Shown piece by piece: positions 47,422 through 57,728 of a stretch of DNA of 64,000 bases. The number at the start of each line of letters is the position of its first letter. Within the stretch, counting starts at the first letter, position 1. Below the pieces are notes generated by a model. That model was not told where the DNA came from, did not search any database, and saw only the letters and a list, made by a program, of their open reading frames with translations. The position numbers and the translations under genes are program-made. Origin of the DNA: Acidobacteriota bacterium (lineage in GTDB: Bacteria > Actinomycetota > Acidimicrobiia > Spongiisociales > ZC4RG35). The DNA is taken from NCBI GenBank assembly GCA_022573225.1, contig JACZUI010000003.1:11798-75797 (forward strand). Reading direction: 5' to 3'.

Positions 47422-49178
47422 TGAGGACCCATCGGGCAACCGAGATAACCGTTGGAGAGATAGGTCAGAGGGTCACGATCGCAGGATGGGTCCAACGTCG
47501 TCGTGATCATGGCGGCATCACCTTTCTCGATATACGGGACGCCTCCGGGATCGTCCAGGTCGTCGCTGACCCTGAAGATCATGAGGCGGTTGGAGACATC
47601 AAGATGGAATTCTGCGTCTCCGTGGCTGGGACCGTTCGGGCCAGGCCAGAGGGCACCGAGAACCCCGATCTCCCCACCGGCCAGATCGAGATCGGCGCCG
47701 AAGAGATTGTGGTGCTTTCGGCCGCCGGAACCTTGCCGTTCATGATCGATGATCGGGTGGAGGTCGACGAGAGGGTGCGGCTTCAGTATCGGTATCTCGA
47801 CCTCCGCAGGCCGCGGATGGCCGCCAACCTCAAGGCACGCTCCGGAGCCACGGCTGCGATCCGCCGCACCCTCGATGAGGCTGGGTTCCTCGAGGTCGAA
47901 ACACCCACGCTGATCAACAGCACTCCTGAGGGGGCGCGTGACGTGTTGGTCCCCTCCCGACTTCGCACGGGCGAGTTCTACGCGCTGCCCCAGTCGCCTC
48001 AGTTGTTCAAGCAATTGTTGATGATTGCTGGGGTTGAGCGCTACTTCCAGATCGCCCGCTGCTACCGAGATGAGGACTTCCGGTCGGATCGTCAGCTCGA
48101 GTTCACCCAGCTCGACCTCGAAGGCGCGTTCTGGGATCGAGATGATGTGTTGGATGTCATCGAATCGGTCCTCGTCGCGGTGGCGAAGGAGCTGCGGGGA
48201 GTCGACGTCCCCAGACCGTTCCCCCGTCTCACATGGCACGAGGCGATGAACCGCTACGGCTCGGATAAGCCAGACATCCGATTCGGCATGGAGATCGTCG
48301 ACCTGTCCCTGGTATTCGCGGAGTCGGAGTTTGGGGTGTTCAAAGATGCGATCGAGGCGGGGGGCACGGTCAGAGGGATCAACGCAGGGACAAGGGAGTG
48401 GTCAAGGTCGCGCGCTGACGCCCTCACCGATCGGGCCAAGGAATTCGGGGCCAAGGGTTTGGTCTGGATGGTTGTCGAGGACGATGGCTCCCTACGTTCG
48501 CCCATCGCCAAATTCTTGAGCGACCCCGAGCTGGGAGAGATCAAGCGGGCCTTCTCGGCGGGGCCCGGGAACGTTCTGTTGCTTGCCGCAGATACCTGGA
48601 AGACGACAGTCACGGTGCTGGGCGGCCTGCGCCTTGAACTGGGGCGCCCGGCCAACCACGACGAGCTCGAGTTCCTCTGGGTTGTCGATTTTCCGCTATT
48701 CGAAGAGGGAGAGGACGGATCGATTACATTCTCTCACCATCCATTCACCTCTCCGAAGTCTCTCGATGACATGAGAGAACGCCCCAGGGAGGCGATTTCG
48801 AACGCCTACGACGCGGTTCTCAATGGCATAGAACTCGGTTCCGGTTCGGTCAGGATTCACGATCCGGACGTCCAGCGGGAGGTCTTCGAAATACTCGGGA
48901 TCGACCCCGATACCGCGGAGAAGCGATTCGGCTGGTTCCTCGAAGCCCTCCGGTACGGGACCCCACCCCATGCCGGCTTCGCGTTTGGAGTCGACCGCTT
49001 GGTCATGGCACTTCAGAACGAGAGCTCGATTCGAGAGGTGATCCCCTTCCCCAAGACCCAGACGGGATTGGATCCGATGACCGGGGCCCCGACCTGGGTC
49101 GACGACGCACAGCTAGAGGAGTTGGGAATCGAACTCACGTCTGACTCGGAGGCGAGGCGGGAAGAGTTGGAAGCCTGA
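47421..49178 (+). CDS. aspS: Aspartate--tRNA ligase
   Basis: OB-fold N-domain, the FLDIRD motif, and class II motifs 2/3 (GGGIDR-like GFAFGVDRLVM). Start overlaps the hisS stop by 1 nt. Confidence 0.9.
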   Translation: MRTHRATEITVGEIGQRVTIAGWVQRRRDHGGITFLDIRDASGIVQVVADPEDHEAVGDIKMEFCVSVAGTVRARPEGTENPDLPTGQIEIGAEEIVVLSAAGTLPFMIDDRVEVDERVRLQYRYLDLRRPRMAANLKARSGATAAIRRTLDEAGFLEVETPTLINSTPEGARDVLVPSRLRTGEFYALPQSPQLFKQLLMIAGVERYFQIARCYRDEDFRSDRQLEFTQLDLEGAFWDRDDVLDVIESVLVAVAKELRGVDVPRPFPRLTWHEAMNRYGSDKPDIRFGMEIVDLSLVFAESEFGVFKDAIEAGGTVRGINAGTREWSRSRADALTDRAKEFGAKGLVWMVVEDDGSLRSPIAKFLSDPELGEIKRAFSAGPGNVLLLAADTWKTTVTVLGGLRLELGRPANHDELEFLWVVDFPLFEEGEDGSITFSHHPFTSPKSLDDMRERPREAISNAYDAVLNGIELGSGSVRIHDPDVQREVFEILGIDPDTAEKRFGWFLEALRYGTPPHAGFAFGVDRLVMALQNESSIREVIPFPKTQTGLDPMTGAPTWVDDAQLEELGIELTSDSEARREELEA

Positions 49179-49210
49179 CCGCGTCGGGAGAACTCGTTGG
49201 TAGCGTCAAT

Positions 49211-50551
49211 GTGATGAGCGATCTCTTTTCGGCGCGCGGGGCCGAGGCTGCTGCCGGTGCTGCACCCCTTGCTACACGGATGCGCCCAAGGTCGCTCGAT
49301 GAGGTGACCGGACAGCCAGGGCTACTCGGTGCCGGGGCTGCCTTCCGAAAGATTGTCGAGTCCGGGCGCCCGATCTCAATGCTTCTGTGGGGTCCTCCTG
49401 GAACAGGGAAGACGACGCTGGCCAGACTGGTGGCGTCTTACGCCGACGCCGAATTCGAGACCCTCTCGGCCACCTCGGCCGGTGTCAAGGACGTCAGGGA
49501 GATTCTTGCCGGAGCGAAGCAGCGCCTCGAGATCGACGAGCGGCGCACGGTCCTCTTCCTCGACGAGATTCACCGATTTGCGAAAAACCAGCAAGATGCA
49601 CTGCTCCCTGGTGTAGAAGACGGGACGTTGGTGCTGATCGGGGCCACCACCGAGAACCCGTTCTTCGAGATCATCACGCCGCTCATGAGCCGGATGACTC
49701 TGTTCCGGCTCGAACCGCTCGGCGCGGACGACATCGGCGGACTGGCTGATCTGGCTCTCGCCGACGGCGAACGTGGCCTGGGTGGTCTTCAACTCGCTCT
49801 GACATCCGAAGCCCGGGAGGAGCTGTCACTCAGGACGGGTGGTGACGCCAGACAGGCGCTCAACGCTCTCGAGGTGGCGGCTCTTCTAACCCAAGGGGAT
49901 GACCGCAGGGAAATCGGCCTCGAGGACGTAGCCGAGGCATTGCAACGGCGCATCGTCCGCTACGACCGGGCCGGCGACAACCACTACGACGTCGTTTCGG
50001 CGTTCATCAAGAGTGTCCGGGGCTCCGACCCGGATGCCGCCCTGTATTGGCTGTTCCTCATGCTCGAAGGAGGCGAGGATCCCGAATTCATAGTGCGTCG
50101 GTTGGTCATCCTCGCTTCGGAGGATGTTGGGTTGGCCGATTCGGCAGCTCTTCAGGTGACAGTGGCGGCAGCGGATGCTCTTGCGTATGTCGGGTTGCCG
50201 GAGGCGGCCTACCACCTGGCGCATGCGACCGTCTATCTGGCCACGGCTCCCAAGTCGAACTCGGTGGCTCTTGCAATGCGTGCAGCGAGGTCGCTGGTCA
50301 CGGAGGGCCCAAGTCCGGCGGTTCCGGCTCATCTGAAGTCTTCCGGCTATTCGGGCGCGGAGGAACTCGGTCACGGTGATGGGTACAAGTACGCCCACGA
50401 CTGGCCTGAGGGCGTTACCCGACAGCAGTATTTTCCAGACGGCGTCGACCCCGTTGCTCTCTATCAACCGGGAGCCAGGGGAGAAGAGGACGGAATCCGC
50501 AGAAGGTTGGAACAGATCGACCGGATTCTCAACAGGTCTGGAAGGAGTTAG
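49211..50551 (+). CDS. rarA: Replication-associated recombination protein A (AAA+ ATPase)
   Basis: Walker A GPPGTGKTT, Walker B LFLDEIHRF, and the MgsA C-terminal domain. Confidence 0.85.
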   Translation: MMSDLFSARGAEAAAGAAPLATRMRPRSLDEVTGQPGLLGAGAAFRKIVESGRPISMLLWGPPGTGKTTLARLVASYADAEFETLSATSAGVKDVREILAGAKQRLEIDERRTVLFLDEIHRFAKNQQDALLPGVEDGTLVLIGATTENPFFEIITPLMSRMTLFRLEPLGADDIGGLADLALADGERGLGGLQLALTSEAREELSLRTGGDARQALNALEVAALLTQGDDRREIGLEDVAEALQRRIVRYDRAGDNHYDVVSAFIKSVRGSDPDAALYWLFLMLEGGEDPEFIVRRLVILASEDVGLADSAALQVTVAAADALAYVGLPEAAYHLAHATVYLATAPKSNSVALAMRAARSLVTEGPSPAVPAHLKSSGYSGAEELGHGDGYKYAHDWPEGVTRQQYFPDGVDPVALYQPGARGEEDGIRRRLEQIDRILNRSGRS

Positions 50552-50745
50552 TGGTGGTGGATCGTCTCTGGTGGTTCGTGACCGGCCTCATCGCTGGGGG
50601 TCTCGTCACCATTCGCGCCCTGAGGCGCCGGCCGACCGCGGGCGACCTCGCTGATGCGGCGATCACCACGACGGCCGACGTCCTCGAACTCACGGCCCGG
50701 GCAGTCCGCCCCAATCGCAACCGCGATCCGAGCCGGCCTCGTTAA
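50551..50745 (+). CDS. Small hypothetical membrane protein
   Basis: 64-aa ORF (GTG start) with one TM helix, between rarA and alaS. Weak evidence. Confidence 0.3.
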   Translation: MVVDRLWWFVTGLIAGGLVTIRALRRRPTAGDLADAAITTTADVLELTARAVRPNRNRDPSRPR

Positions 50746-50782
50746 CCTCGCGGCTTCGGAGATTCGCAATGCGGGTGTTGCC

Positions 50783-53407
50783 TTGAATAGCCACCAACTC
50801 AGACAACTCTTCACGTCTTTCTTCAGCGAGAGAGACCACGAGGTTCGTCCGTCGGCGTCGTTGATCCCAACCGATCCCACCCTCCTCTTGACCAACGCCG
50901 GGATGGTCCCGTTCAAGCCCTATTTCCTGGGAGACGAGAAAGCGCCGTGGAAGCGGGCGACATCGATTCAAAAGATCGTACGAACCGTCGACGTCGACAT
51001 CATCGGAACCACCCAGCGCCATCTCTCCTTCTTCGAGATGATGGGCAATTTCAGCTTCGGAGACTACTTCAAGGAGGGCGCGATCAATTGGGCGTATGAG
51101 TTCTGCACCGAGTCCATGGGGCTCGACCCTGAACGCCTCTGGTACACCGTCTACGACACCGACGACGAGGCTCGAGAGATCTGGGTCGATGGCGTAGGGG
51201 TACCGGCCGACCGTGTTCAGAACGGCGGGCGGGACAACTTCTGGCAGATGGGTGTGCCCGGTCCGTGCGGGCCCAGCTCGGAGATCTTTTGGGATAGAGG
51301 CGAGGAGTTCGGGGAAGGGGGCGGTCCGGTGGATGGTGACGAAGACCGCTATGTCGAGTTTTGGAACCTCGTCTTCATGCAGAACATCCAGGACGAGCCC
51401 TATCACGTCATCGGTGATCTGCCGGCCAAGAACATCGACACCGGGATGGGTCTGGATCGGATCGCCGCCGTTCTTCAGGACGTTCCGACAGTTTTTGACA
51501 TCGATACCACCAAGCGGGTGCGCGATGCCGGTGCCGCCTACACCGGGCTCACCTACGGGGACTCTGAGAGTGGTGACGTCTCACTTCGAATCTTGGCTGA
51601 TCACGGGCGTTCGGTCACGTTCCTCATTGGAGATGGAGTCGTGCCCTCCAACGATGGCCGGGGATATGTGCTCAGACGACTCTTGCGCCGGGCTGTTCGC
51701 CATGCCTGGCAATACGGAGGAGCAGGGCTGGTACTACCCGAGCTGGCAAATGCGACCATCGATGCGATGGGGGACTGGTACACGGATCTGGCCGAGAAAA
51801 GGGACTTCATCGTCGATGTCGTCACTCGGGAGGAAGAGCAGTTTCGCAAGACGCTGGAATCCGGTCATCAGTTGCTCGACGCAGAGCTCCAAGGCAGCGA
51901 AGGCACACTTTCCGGACTGACCGCCTTCAAGCTCCACGACACCTTCGGGTTTCCGATAGAGCTGACCAAGGAGATCGCCGCCGAACGTGGGGTCGAGGTG
52001 GACGCGGTCGGATTCGAGCAGGAGATGTCAGCTCAACGGGAGCGTGCCCGGGCGGCTTGGAGAGGGGCGGACCACGCGGTGGCGGCAGAGAGCGTCTACC
52101 GATCGGTGTTGGACCAGATCGGCCTCACGGAGTTCGTCGGGTACACCGACGATCATGCGACCGCGGTGGTCATGTCGATCCTGGCCGACGGGGAATCAAT
52201 CGAGCGTGCCGACGAAGGCAGAGATGTCGAGATCTTCCTCGACAAGACACCGTTCTATGGAGAGTCCGGGGGCCAGGTAGGTGACACCGGTCATGTCGAG
52301 ACCGAAACAGGTCGTGCCCTCATCGTCGACACCCAACACGTTATTCAGGGGCTTCATGGCCATCGCGCCACCGTCGAGGCCGGCCATATCAATGTTGGCC
52401 AGCAGATAAGCGTCTCGATCGACTCCCCGAGACGTGATGCCATCCGAAAGAGCCATACGGGCACACACGTGCTCCACTGGGCTCTGCATGACATCCTCGG
52501 CGACCATGCTGTTCAGGCCGGCTCGTTGGTTGAGCCGGGTCGTATTCGGTTCGACTTCTCGCATTTCTCCCAGATGGCTCCCGAGGAGGTCGCGTCTGTC
52601 GAGACCGAGGTGAACAGGCGTCTCATCGCCAACAGCCACGTCAGCACGACGGTGACATCGAAGGATGAAGCTCAGGAGATGGGCGCACTGGCCTTCTTTG
52701 GCGATAAGTACGGAGAGACCGTCCGGGTGGTGGAGATAGGAGACTTCTCCACCGAGTTTTGTGGGGGAACCCACACTTCCTCCGCCGGCGAGGTGGGTCC
52801 TCTAGTTCTACTGTCTGAGTCGTCGATCGGATCCAACCTGCGCCGGGTCGAGGCCCTGACCGGAATGTCCGCCTACGACCATCTGGTAGGGATGAGGTCC
52901 GGGCTTGATGAGGTTGGCAAAATGCTCAAAGCAAGCCCTCCCCAAGTGCCGGCCCGGGTACGCGACCTGATCGACAAGGTCGAACTCCTCGAGGAGGAAC
53001 TCGACGGAATCAGAAGCCGGCAGCGGGGCGAGCTGGCACGGGAACTCGCTTCCGGCGCGGTGAAATTAGGCGATGTCGCCTATGTGGTCGCCGACGGCCA
53101 GGGGCTAGCCGGCAATGAGCTTCGTCATCTCGCTCTGGGCATCCGGGACCGGATTGACGGCTCGAGTGTCGTGGTCATGGGCTCCAACCACGCCGGTAAG
53201 GGAGCCCTGGTGGGCTTGGTGACATCCGATCTGGTTGAGAGGGGAGTGTCCGCCGCCGACTTGATTCGTGGGGGAGCGCGGGAGCTCGGAGGTGGGGGCT
53301 CGAGCGATCCCGAGCTGGCTCAGGCCGGCGGTCCTGATGGGAAGAACCTCCCGGCGGCGTTGGCTGTCACAAGCGAAGTCGTGGAGAAGTCCCTGAGTGA
53401 CTTGTGA
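50783..53407 (+). CDS. alaS: Alanine--tRNA ligase
   Basis: The N-terminal LRQLFTSFFSERDHEV...DPTLLLTNAGM is canonical AlaS, and the editing-domain HxxxH (HTGTH...H) is present. The likely TTG start is at 50783; the ORF-track start at 50654 adds a non-conserved extension. Confidence 0.9.
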   Translation: MNSHQLRQLFTSFFSERDHEVRPSASLIPTDPTLLLTNAGMVPFKPYFLGDEKAPWKRATSIQKIVRTVDVDIIGTTQRHLSFFEMMGNFSFGDYFKEGAINWAYEFCTESMGLDPERLWYTVYDTDDEAREIWVDGVGVPADRVQNGGRDNFWQMGVPGPCGPSSEIFWDRGEEFGEGGGPVDGDEDRYVEFWNLVFMQNIQDEPYHVIGDLPAKNIDTGMGLDRIAAVLQDVPTVFDIDTTKRVRDAGAAYTGLTYGDSESGDVSLRILADHGRSVTFLIGDGVVPSNDGRGYVLRRLLRRAVRHAWQYGGAGLVLPELANATIDAMGDWYTDLAEKRDFIVDVVTREEEQFRKTLESGHQLLDAELQGSEGTLSGLTAFKLHDTFGFPIELTKEIAAERGVEVDAVGFEQEMSAQRERARAAWRGADHAVAAESVYRSVLDQIGLTEFVGYTDDHATAVVMSILADGESIERADEGRDVEIFLDKTPFYGESGGQVGDTGHVETETGRALIVDTQHVIQGLHGHRATVEAGHINVGQQISVSIDSPRRDAIRKSHTGTHVLHWALHDILGDHAVQAGSLVEPGRIRFDFSHFSQMAPEEVASVETEVNRRLIANSHVSTTVTSKDEAQEMGALAFFGDKYGETVRVVEIGDFSTEFCGGTHTSSAGEVGPLVLLSESSIGSNLRRVEALTGMSAYDHLVGMRSGLDEVGKMLKASPPQVPARVRDLIDKVELLEEELDGIRSRQRGELARELASGAVKLGDVAYVVADGQGLAGNELRHLALGIRDRIDGSSVVVMGSNHAGKGALVGLVTSDLVERGVSAADLIRGGARELGGGGSSDPELAQAGGPDGKNLPAALAVTSEVVEKSLSDL

Positions 53408-53808
53408 AGCGCAGTATCGGCGTCGACTACGGAACGAAGCGAGTGGGCCTGGCGATCTCCGATTCGCTGGGCATGGTCGCCACGCCATTGACCGTGCTCG
53501 AGCGCCGGTCGGCGGTCGACGACATCGTCAAACTCGTTCAGGATCGCGATGTCGGTACCATCGTGGTCGGCCTGCCCACCGGGCTTGATGGCACCGAGGG
53601 TCAATCCGCTCGAGATGCCCGGAACCTTGGCGACGAGTTGAAACGTCAAACAGGCGTGGAGGTCGTATTCAGAGACGAGCGTTTTACATCGCGTATGGCC
53701 GAAAACGCTCTCCTCGAATCAGGGATGAGACGCCGCGACCGGAGGAACACGGTCGACAAGGTGGCGGCCTCGATCATTTTGCAGGACTACTTGGACAGCC
53801 AGACATGA
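53404..53808 (+). CDS. ruvX: Holliday junction resolvase-like protein RuvX/YqgF
   Basis: SIGVDYGTKRVGLAISD is the YqgF N-terminus; GTG start overlaps the alaS stop. Confidence 0.85.
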   Translation: MKRSIGVDYGTKRVGLAISDSLGMVATPLTVLERRSAVDDIVKLVQDRDVGTIVVGLPTGLDGTEGQSARDARNLGDELKRQTGVEVVFRDERFTSRMAENALLESGMRRRDRRNTVDKVAASIILQDYLDSQT

Positions 53809-54905
53809 CATTCGAGCCAGTTCCCAGCCCATCGCCCTGGGTTCGGGTCACAAAGTTGATCGCTGCCGTCGGCCTCGTCGGAGTCGCCAGCCTGGCCGTC
53901 GTGGGAGGTGCTTCCTACTTGGGTCGTCTTGTCGGCTCCTCGGTCGACGCCGAAGGTGCATCCGCAGAGGAGGTCGTGGTGGTTGCGGGGCGCGCCGTCA
54001 CCGTCGAGATACCGGCGGGCTCATCGGCCAAGGACATAGGGGCCATGCTCGCCGCGCAGGGCGTTGTTCTATCCGCTCTCGAGTTTGAGGTGGCGGTGAG
54101 GTCCACCAACTCGGCGTCCAGCCTCAAGGCCGGCAGCTACAACCTTCAGACTCTCATGGAGCCGAACGAGGTCGTCGCGTTGCTGGTAGCGGGCCCGGTG
54201 GCCAATGTATACCGGTTGACCGTGATCGAAGGTCTGAGAGTCAACGAGATCCTGACTCGGCTCGCCGAGACCTCCGGCCACCCGTATTCGGACTTCGAAG
54301 GGGCGTTGCTCAACGGCGATGTCTCCAGCTCGCTTCTGGTCAGCTCCGACGAGGTGACACTTGCCGATTGGGAAGGCCTCCTCTTCCCCGACACCTACGA
54401 GTTCCGTCGTTCGACCGAGCCGGCCGCCATCCTTCAACGTCTTGCGTCTACGACGGAACAGCGGGTCGCCAGCATTGACTGGTCGAACCTGATCGACCTC
54501 GGTTACACCGAGTACGACGGAATCATCATTGCATCGATGATCGAGGCCGAGACGTTGCTGGATGAGGAGAGGGCGATCGTGTCAAGTGTGATCCACAATC
54601 GGCTCGCGATCGGAATGAAGCTCGATATCGATGCAACCGTTCTATACGCCCTCGGGACCAAAGACATTTCCGAGTTCGACAACACCCTGGACTCGCCTTA
54701 CAACACCTATGTGGTGGCCGGCCTGCCTCCCACGCCGATCGCCGCGCCGGGGCGTTCATCCCTCGAGGCCGCAGCCAACCCGGATGCCACCCCCTACCTG
54801 TTCTACGTCCTCAGTGACCTCGAAGGTCATCACGCGTTCGCCGAGACCATCGATGAGCACTTCAACAATGTGAATCAGGCTCGCGAGGACGGCGTACTTT
54901 CCTGA
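53805..54905 (+). CDS. mltG: Endolytic murein transglycosylase MltG (YceG-like)
   Basis: N-terminal TM anchor plus the YceG domain with the catalytic region (GLPPTPIAAPG). Confidence 0.85.
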   Translation: MTFEPVPSPSPWVRVTKLIAAVGLVGVASLAVVGGASYLGRLVGSSVDAEGASAEEVVVVAGRAVTVEIPAGSSAKDIGAMLAAQGVVLSALEFEVAVRSTNSASSLKAGSYNLQTLMEPNEVVALLVAGPVANVYRLTVIEGLRVNEILTRLAETSGHPYSDFEGALLNGDVSSSLLVSSDEVTLADWEGLLFPDTYEFRRSTEPAAILQRLASTTEQRVASIDWSNLIDLGYTEYDGIIIASMIEAETLLDEERAIVSSVIHNRLAIGMKLDIDATVLYALGTKDISEFDNTLDSPYNTYVVAGLPPTPIAAPGRSSLEAAANPDATPYLFYVLSDLEGHHAFAETIDEHFNNVNQAREDGVLS

Positions 54906-54922
54906 TTTGGTGGCACACTTGA

Positions 54923-55708
54923 GTGATGAGGCAACCACTCGAGTTAGCGGTACTCGGTGACCCGGTAGAGCACTCGCTCTCTCCCGCGATCCACGGTGCG
55001 GCGATGGTGAGTTGTGGATTCGACGGCTCATACACCGCGATCAAGGCAGATCGCCGGATACTCGCCTCGATGATCGACGACCTCCGCTCGGGATCGATGT
55101 CCGGGCTCAACGTGACGATGCCGCTAAAAGGCGACGCAGCTGAATTGGCTGATGTTCTCACTCCAGAGGCGGTGTCCTCACAGTCGGTGAACACGCTGCG
55201 TTATAGGGGAAACCGGGTCGAGGGCCACTCAACGGACGCCGTGGCGTTGGCGAAGTTGATCTCCGAAAACTCGATTGCTGCCCAGACGCCGATACATCTA
55301 CTGGGAGCCGGAGGCGCGGCGGGTGCGGTGTTGGCCGCTGGAGGCGATCGCACGATTTATGTCGCGGCGCGCCGAATGGAGCAGGCAAAGAGCATCGCCG
55401 GGCAATGGCGCCAGGGCCAAACCGTGCCGTGGGGGACGCCTGTGGCCGGTGCTTTGGTCATCAACGCAACACCTCTTGGCATGAAGGGAGAAGACCTTCC
55501 TGAGGGCCTGATCGATGTCGCCTCGGCCCTCATCGACCTCCCGTACGGCAAAGCGGTCACGCCCGCTGTCGAATCGGCTCTCTCCATGGGCCTTCCCACC
55601 GTCGATGGGCTGGCGTTTCTCGTGACCCAGGCCGCCGAGTCGTTTCGGTGGTGGACCGGAGCCGATCCTCCACTGAATGCCATGTTCGAGGCAGTTAGAA
55701 AGACCTAA
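54923..55708 (+). CDS. aroE: Shikimate dehydrogenase
   Basis: LAVLGDPVEHSLSPAIHGAA, the NVTMPLK motif, and the NADP-binding GAGGAAGAV. Confidence 0.8.
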   Translation: MMRQPLELAVLGDPVEHSLSPAIHGAAMVSCGFDGSYTAIKADRRILASMIDDLRSGSMSGLNVTMPLKGDAAELADVLTPEAVSSQSVNTLRYRGNRVEGHSTDAVALAKLISENSIAAQTPIHLLGAGGAAGAVLAAGGDRTIYVAARRMEQAKSIAGQWRQGQTVPWGTPVAGALVINATPLGMKGEDLPEGLIDVASALIDLPYGKAVTPAVESALSMGLPTVDGLAFLVTQAAESFRWWTGADPPLNAMFEAVRKT

Positions 55709-55720
55709 AGGGCTCACCTC

Positions 55721-56890
55721 ATGAAACCGAATAGGTGGAGATGGATGTTGAAGCAAGGAGTGGTTGAGGTGACTCTTTCTGGAAACCTGGGATTCGTCCC
55801 GTTAGACGAGGTCTTGCGCCTTCTTTCCCGAGCAGGGCAAAGCGGCGCCATCGCGGTGAAGGGAGATGACATTCACGGTCGGGTATTCGTCACAGAGAAG
55901 GGTGTTGTTCTCGCAACCACGTCCGATGACGTCGCCTTGCGGGCTCATTTGCTCAATTCCGAATTCATTGATGAGGAGCATCTGCGAAGTGTCGAGTCCG
56001 GTGTCGCCAGTCTGGAGTCGATCAGCGACAACCATCCTGGCTTGATCGATCTCCTCAGGGAGATGACGGTGGAGAGCCTGTTCCAGATGACGAGCCATGG
56101 CGCCACCTTCGAGGTGGACGAGGATGCTCGGACGCCTTTCGAAAGCCCGAAGCCGTTCGAGCTCGAGGGCGTCATCGATGATGCCCGCCGTCGGGCCGGT
56201 GAGTGGTCTGAGATCGAGACATCGCTAACTGACTTGGCCGGTGTCATCAAGATGAAACGCGATTTGGGTGATAGAGACGAGATCACGCTTGGTCGCGACG
56301 CGTGGAAGTTGCTCAGCGAGTTGGGTGCGGGGTCGTCGGTTGGCGAGATGGCAGATCGTCTCGGGACCACGAAGTTTTGGACTGCCCGGGTTGCTTCCGA
56401 TCTGGCTTCGAGCGACCTGGTGGTCGTTGTCGGCGACGACGAGCCAGTGACCGAGCCCGATGACCGAACCGGGGCCGACCAAGCTGACGATAGTTCCGGG
56501 TCTCCAGCTGAGTCCGCAGCCGAAGCCGACGTCGATCCCAACGAGTCATGGTGGGAGGAGCCAGAAGCCGAGGCGGACGATGCTGACGATGCTGACGGTG
56601 AGGAAGTCGAGGAAGTCGAGGAAGTCGAGGAAGCAAAAGAGGACGTTGCCAGCGTGAGTCGGTTCGGAGCATTTACCAGGTCCCGCAACGGCTTGGGCGC
56701 CGCAGGCACCGAGACTGCTCCGACTGACCCGGAGACAGAGTTCGAGAACGTCGAGGATGACACCGAGGCGTTCCTCGAGCAGGTGTTCTCCGAGTTGGAT
56801 CCACCGAAGGACGAGACTGAGGGCCATGGGCTTCTCAAGCGTCGTCGGTTTGGTACGACACTCGAGGATGCACCGAACACCAAAGACTGA
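55721..56890 (+). CDS. DUF4388-like domain protein with long acidic disordered C-terminal tail
   Basis: The N-terminal ~120 aa (GNLGFVPLDEVLRLLSRAGQSGAIAVKGDDIHGRVFVTEKGVVLATTSDDV) resemble DUF4388. The C-terminus is D/E-rich with an (EEV)3 repeat encoded by a 9-bp tandem. Confidence 0.6.
   Translation: MKPNRWRWMLKQGVVEVTLSGNLGFVPLDEVLRLLSRAGQSGAIAVKGDDIHGRVFVTEKGVVLATTSDDVALRAHLLNSEFIDEEHLRSVESGVASLESISDNHPGLIDLLREMTVESLFQMTSHGATFEVDEDARTPFESPKPFELEGVIDDARRRAGEWSEIETSLTDLAGVIKMKRDLGDRDEITLGRDAWKLLSELGAGSSVGEMADRLGTTKFWTARVASDLASSDLVVVVGDDEPVTEPDDRTGADQADDSSGSPAESAAEADVDPNESWWEEPEAEADDADDADGEEVEEVEEVEEAKEDVASVSRFGAFTRSRNGLGAAGTETAPTDPETEFENVEDDTEAFLEQVFSELDPPKDETEGHGLLKRRRFGTTLEDAPNTKD
56600..56634. 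repeat. 9-bp tandem repeat (GAGGAAGTC x3.5) encoding an EEVEEVEEVEE tract
   Basis: Read directly in the DUF4388 gene. Confidence 0.8.
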
Positions 56891-56932
56891 TAACACGCTG
56901 GTCTTCGTGACCACAGCTAACTTGCTTCGGCG

Positions 56933-57718
56933 GTGATACAAATCCTCGCCGGAGCTTTTGGCTTTCTGGCGGCGCTCGCGGCCCACGACCTCGCCGCTCA
57001 GGTGCTGGCGGACAATCCTCTACGTCCCTTGGCGGGAACCTGTCCACAGTGTGGGACCAAACGCGGGTGGCTGAGTGCGCGATGCGCATCATGCTCCCGA
57101 CCGATTGCGAGAGAGGTCGGCATCGCTCTTGCCGGCACGATCGGGGCTGTGGCATTTGTCAACACCATTGGAATCACCTGGGCACTAGTCAGCTATATGG
57201 GGTTTCTGGTTCTCTCGCTTGCTCTCGTCATCACCGACATCGAAGCCATGCGGATCGTCGACCGGCTGAACATCCGGGGAACCTTGCTCCTCGTGGTTGC
57301 ACTCGGCGCCGGTGCTGCTCTAGACGGGAGCATCGACGCGTTCTGGCGGGCCTTGCTCGGCGCCCTGGCCTATTTCTCGGGCACCAATCTCGTGTTCCTC
57401 CTGGTGCGCGGACGCGGATTCGGGTATGGCGATGTGAAACTGGCCGTGCAGCTCGGCCTATTCACTGCATACGTTTCCTGGGGCACGCTTGGCTGGTCGG
57501 TATTTCTCACGGCGATGATCGGGGGTCTCATCTCGATTGGTGTGATCGTCGTCGGCTCTGTCGCGAGGAGACAGAGGGCTCGGTCGGGCGTGGGCGCCGA
57601 GACACCAACTCTGCGGGACGCTCTGAAGGTCGAGCTTCCCTACGGCCCGGCCATGGTCGCCGGAGCGTGGATCGCATTGGCCCTGGCCGGAATCGGAGCT
57701 TTTCCTATCCCGTCGTAG
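56933..57718 (+). CDS. Prepilin peptidase (A24 family), CxxC zinc N-terminus
   Basis: CPQCGTKRGW...CASCSRPI tetracysteine motif, polytopic TM helices, and the catalytic Asp pair (TDIEAM..., GYGDVKL). Confidence 0.75.
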   Translation: MIQILAGAFGFLAALAAHDLAAQVLADNPLRPLAGTCPQCGTKRGWLSARCASCSRPIAREVGIALAGTIGAVAFVNTIGITWALVSYMGFLVLSLALVITDIEAMRIVDRLNIRGTLLLVVALGAGAALDGSIDAFWRALLGALAYFSGTNLVFLLVRGRGFGYGDVKLAVQLGLFTAYVSWGTLGWSVFLTAMIGGLISIGVIVVGSVARRQRARSGVGAETPTLRDALKVELPYGPAMVAGAWIALALAGIGAFPIPS

Positions 57719-57728
57719 CATTCGGCCC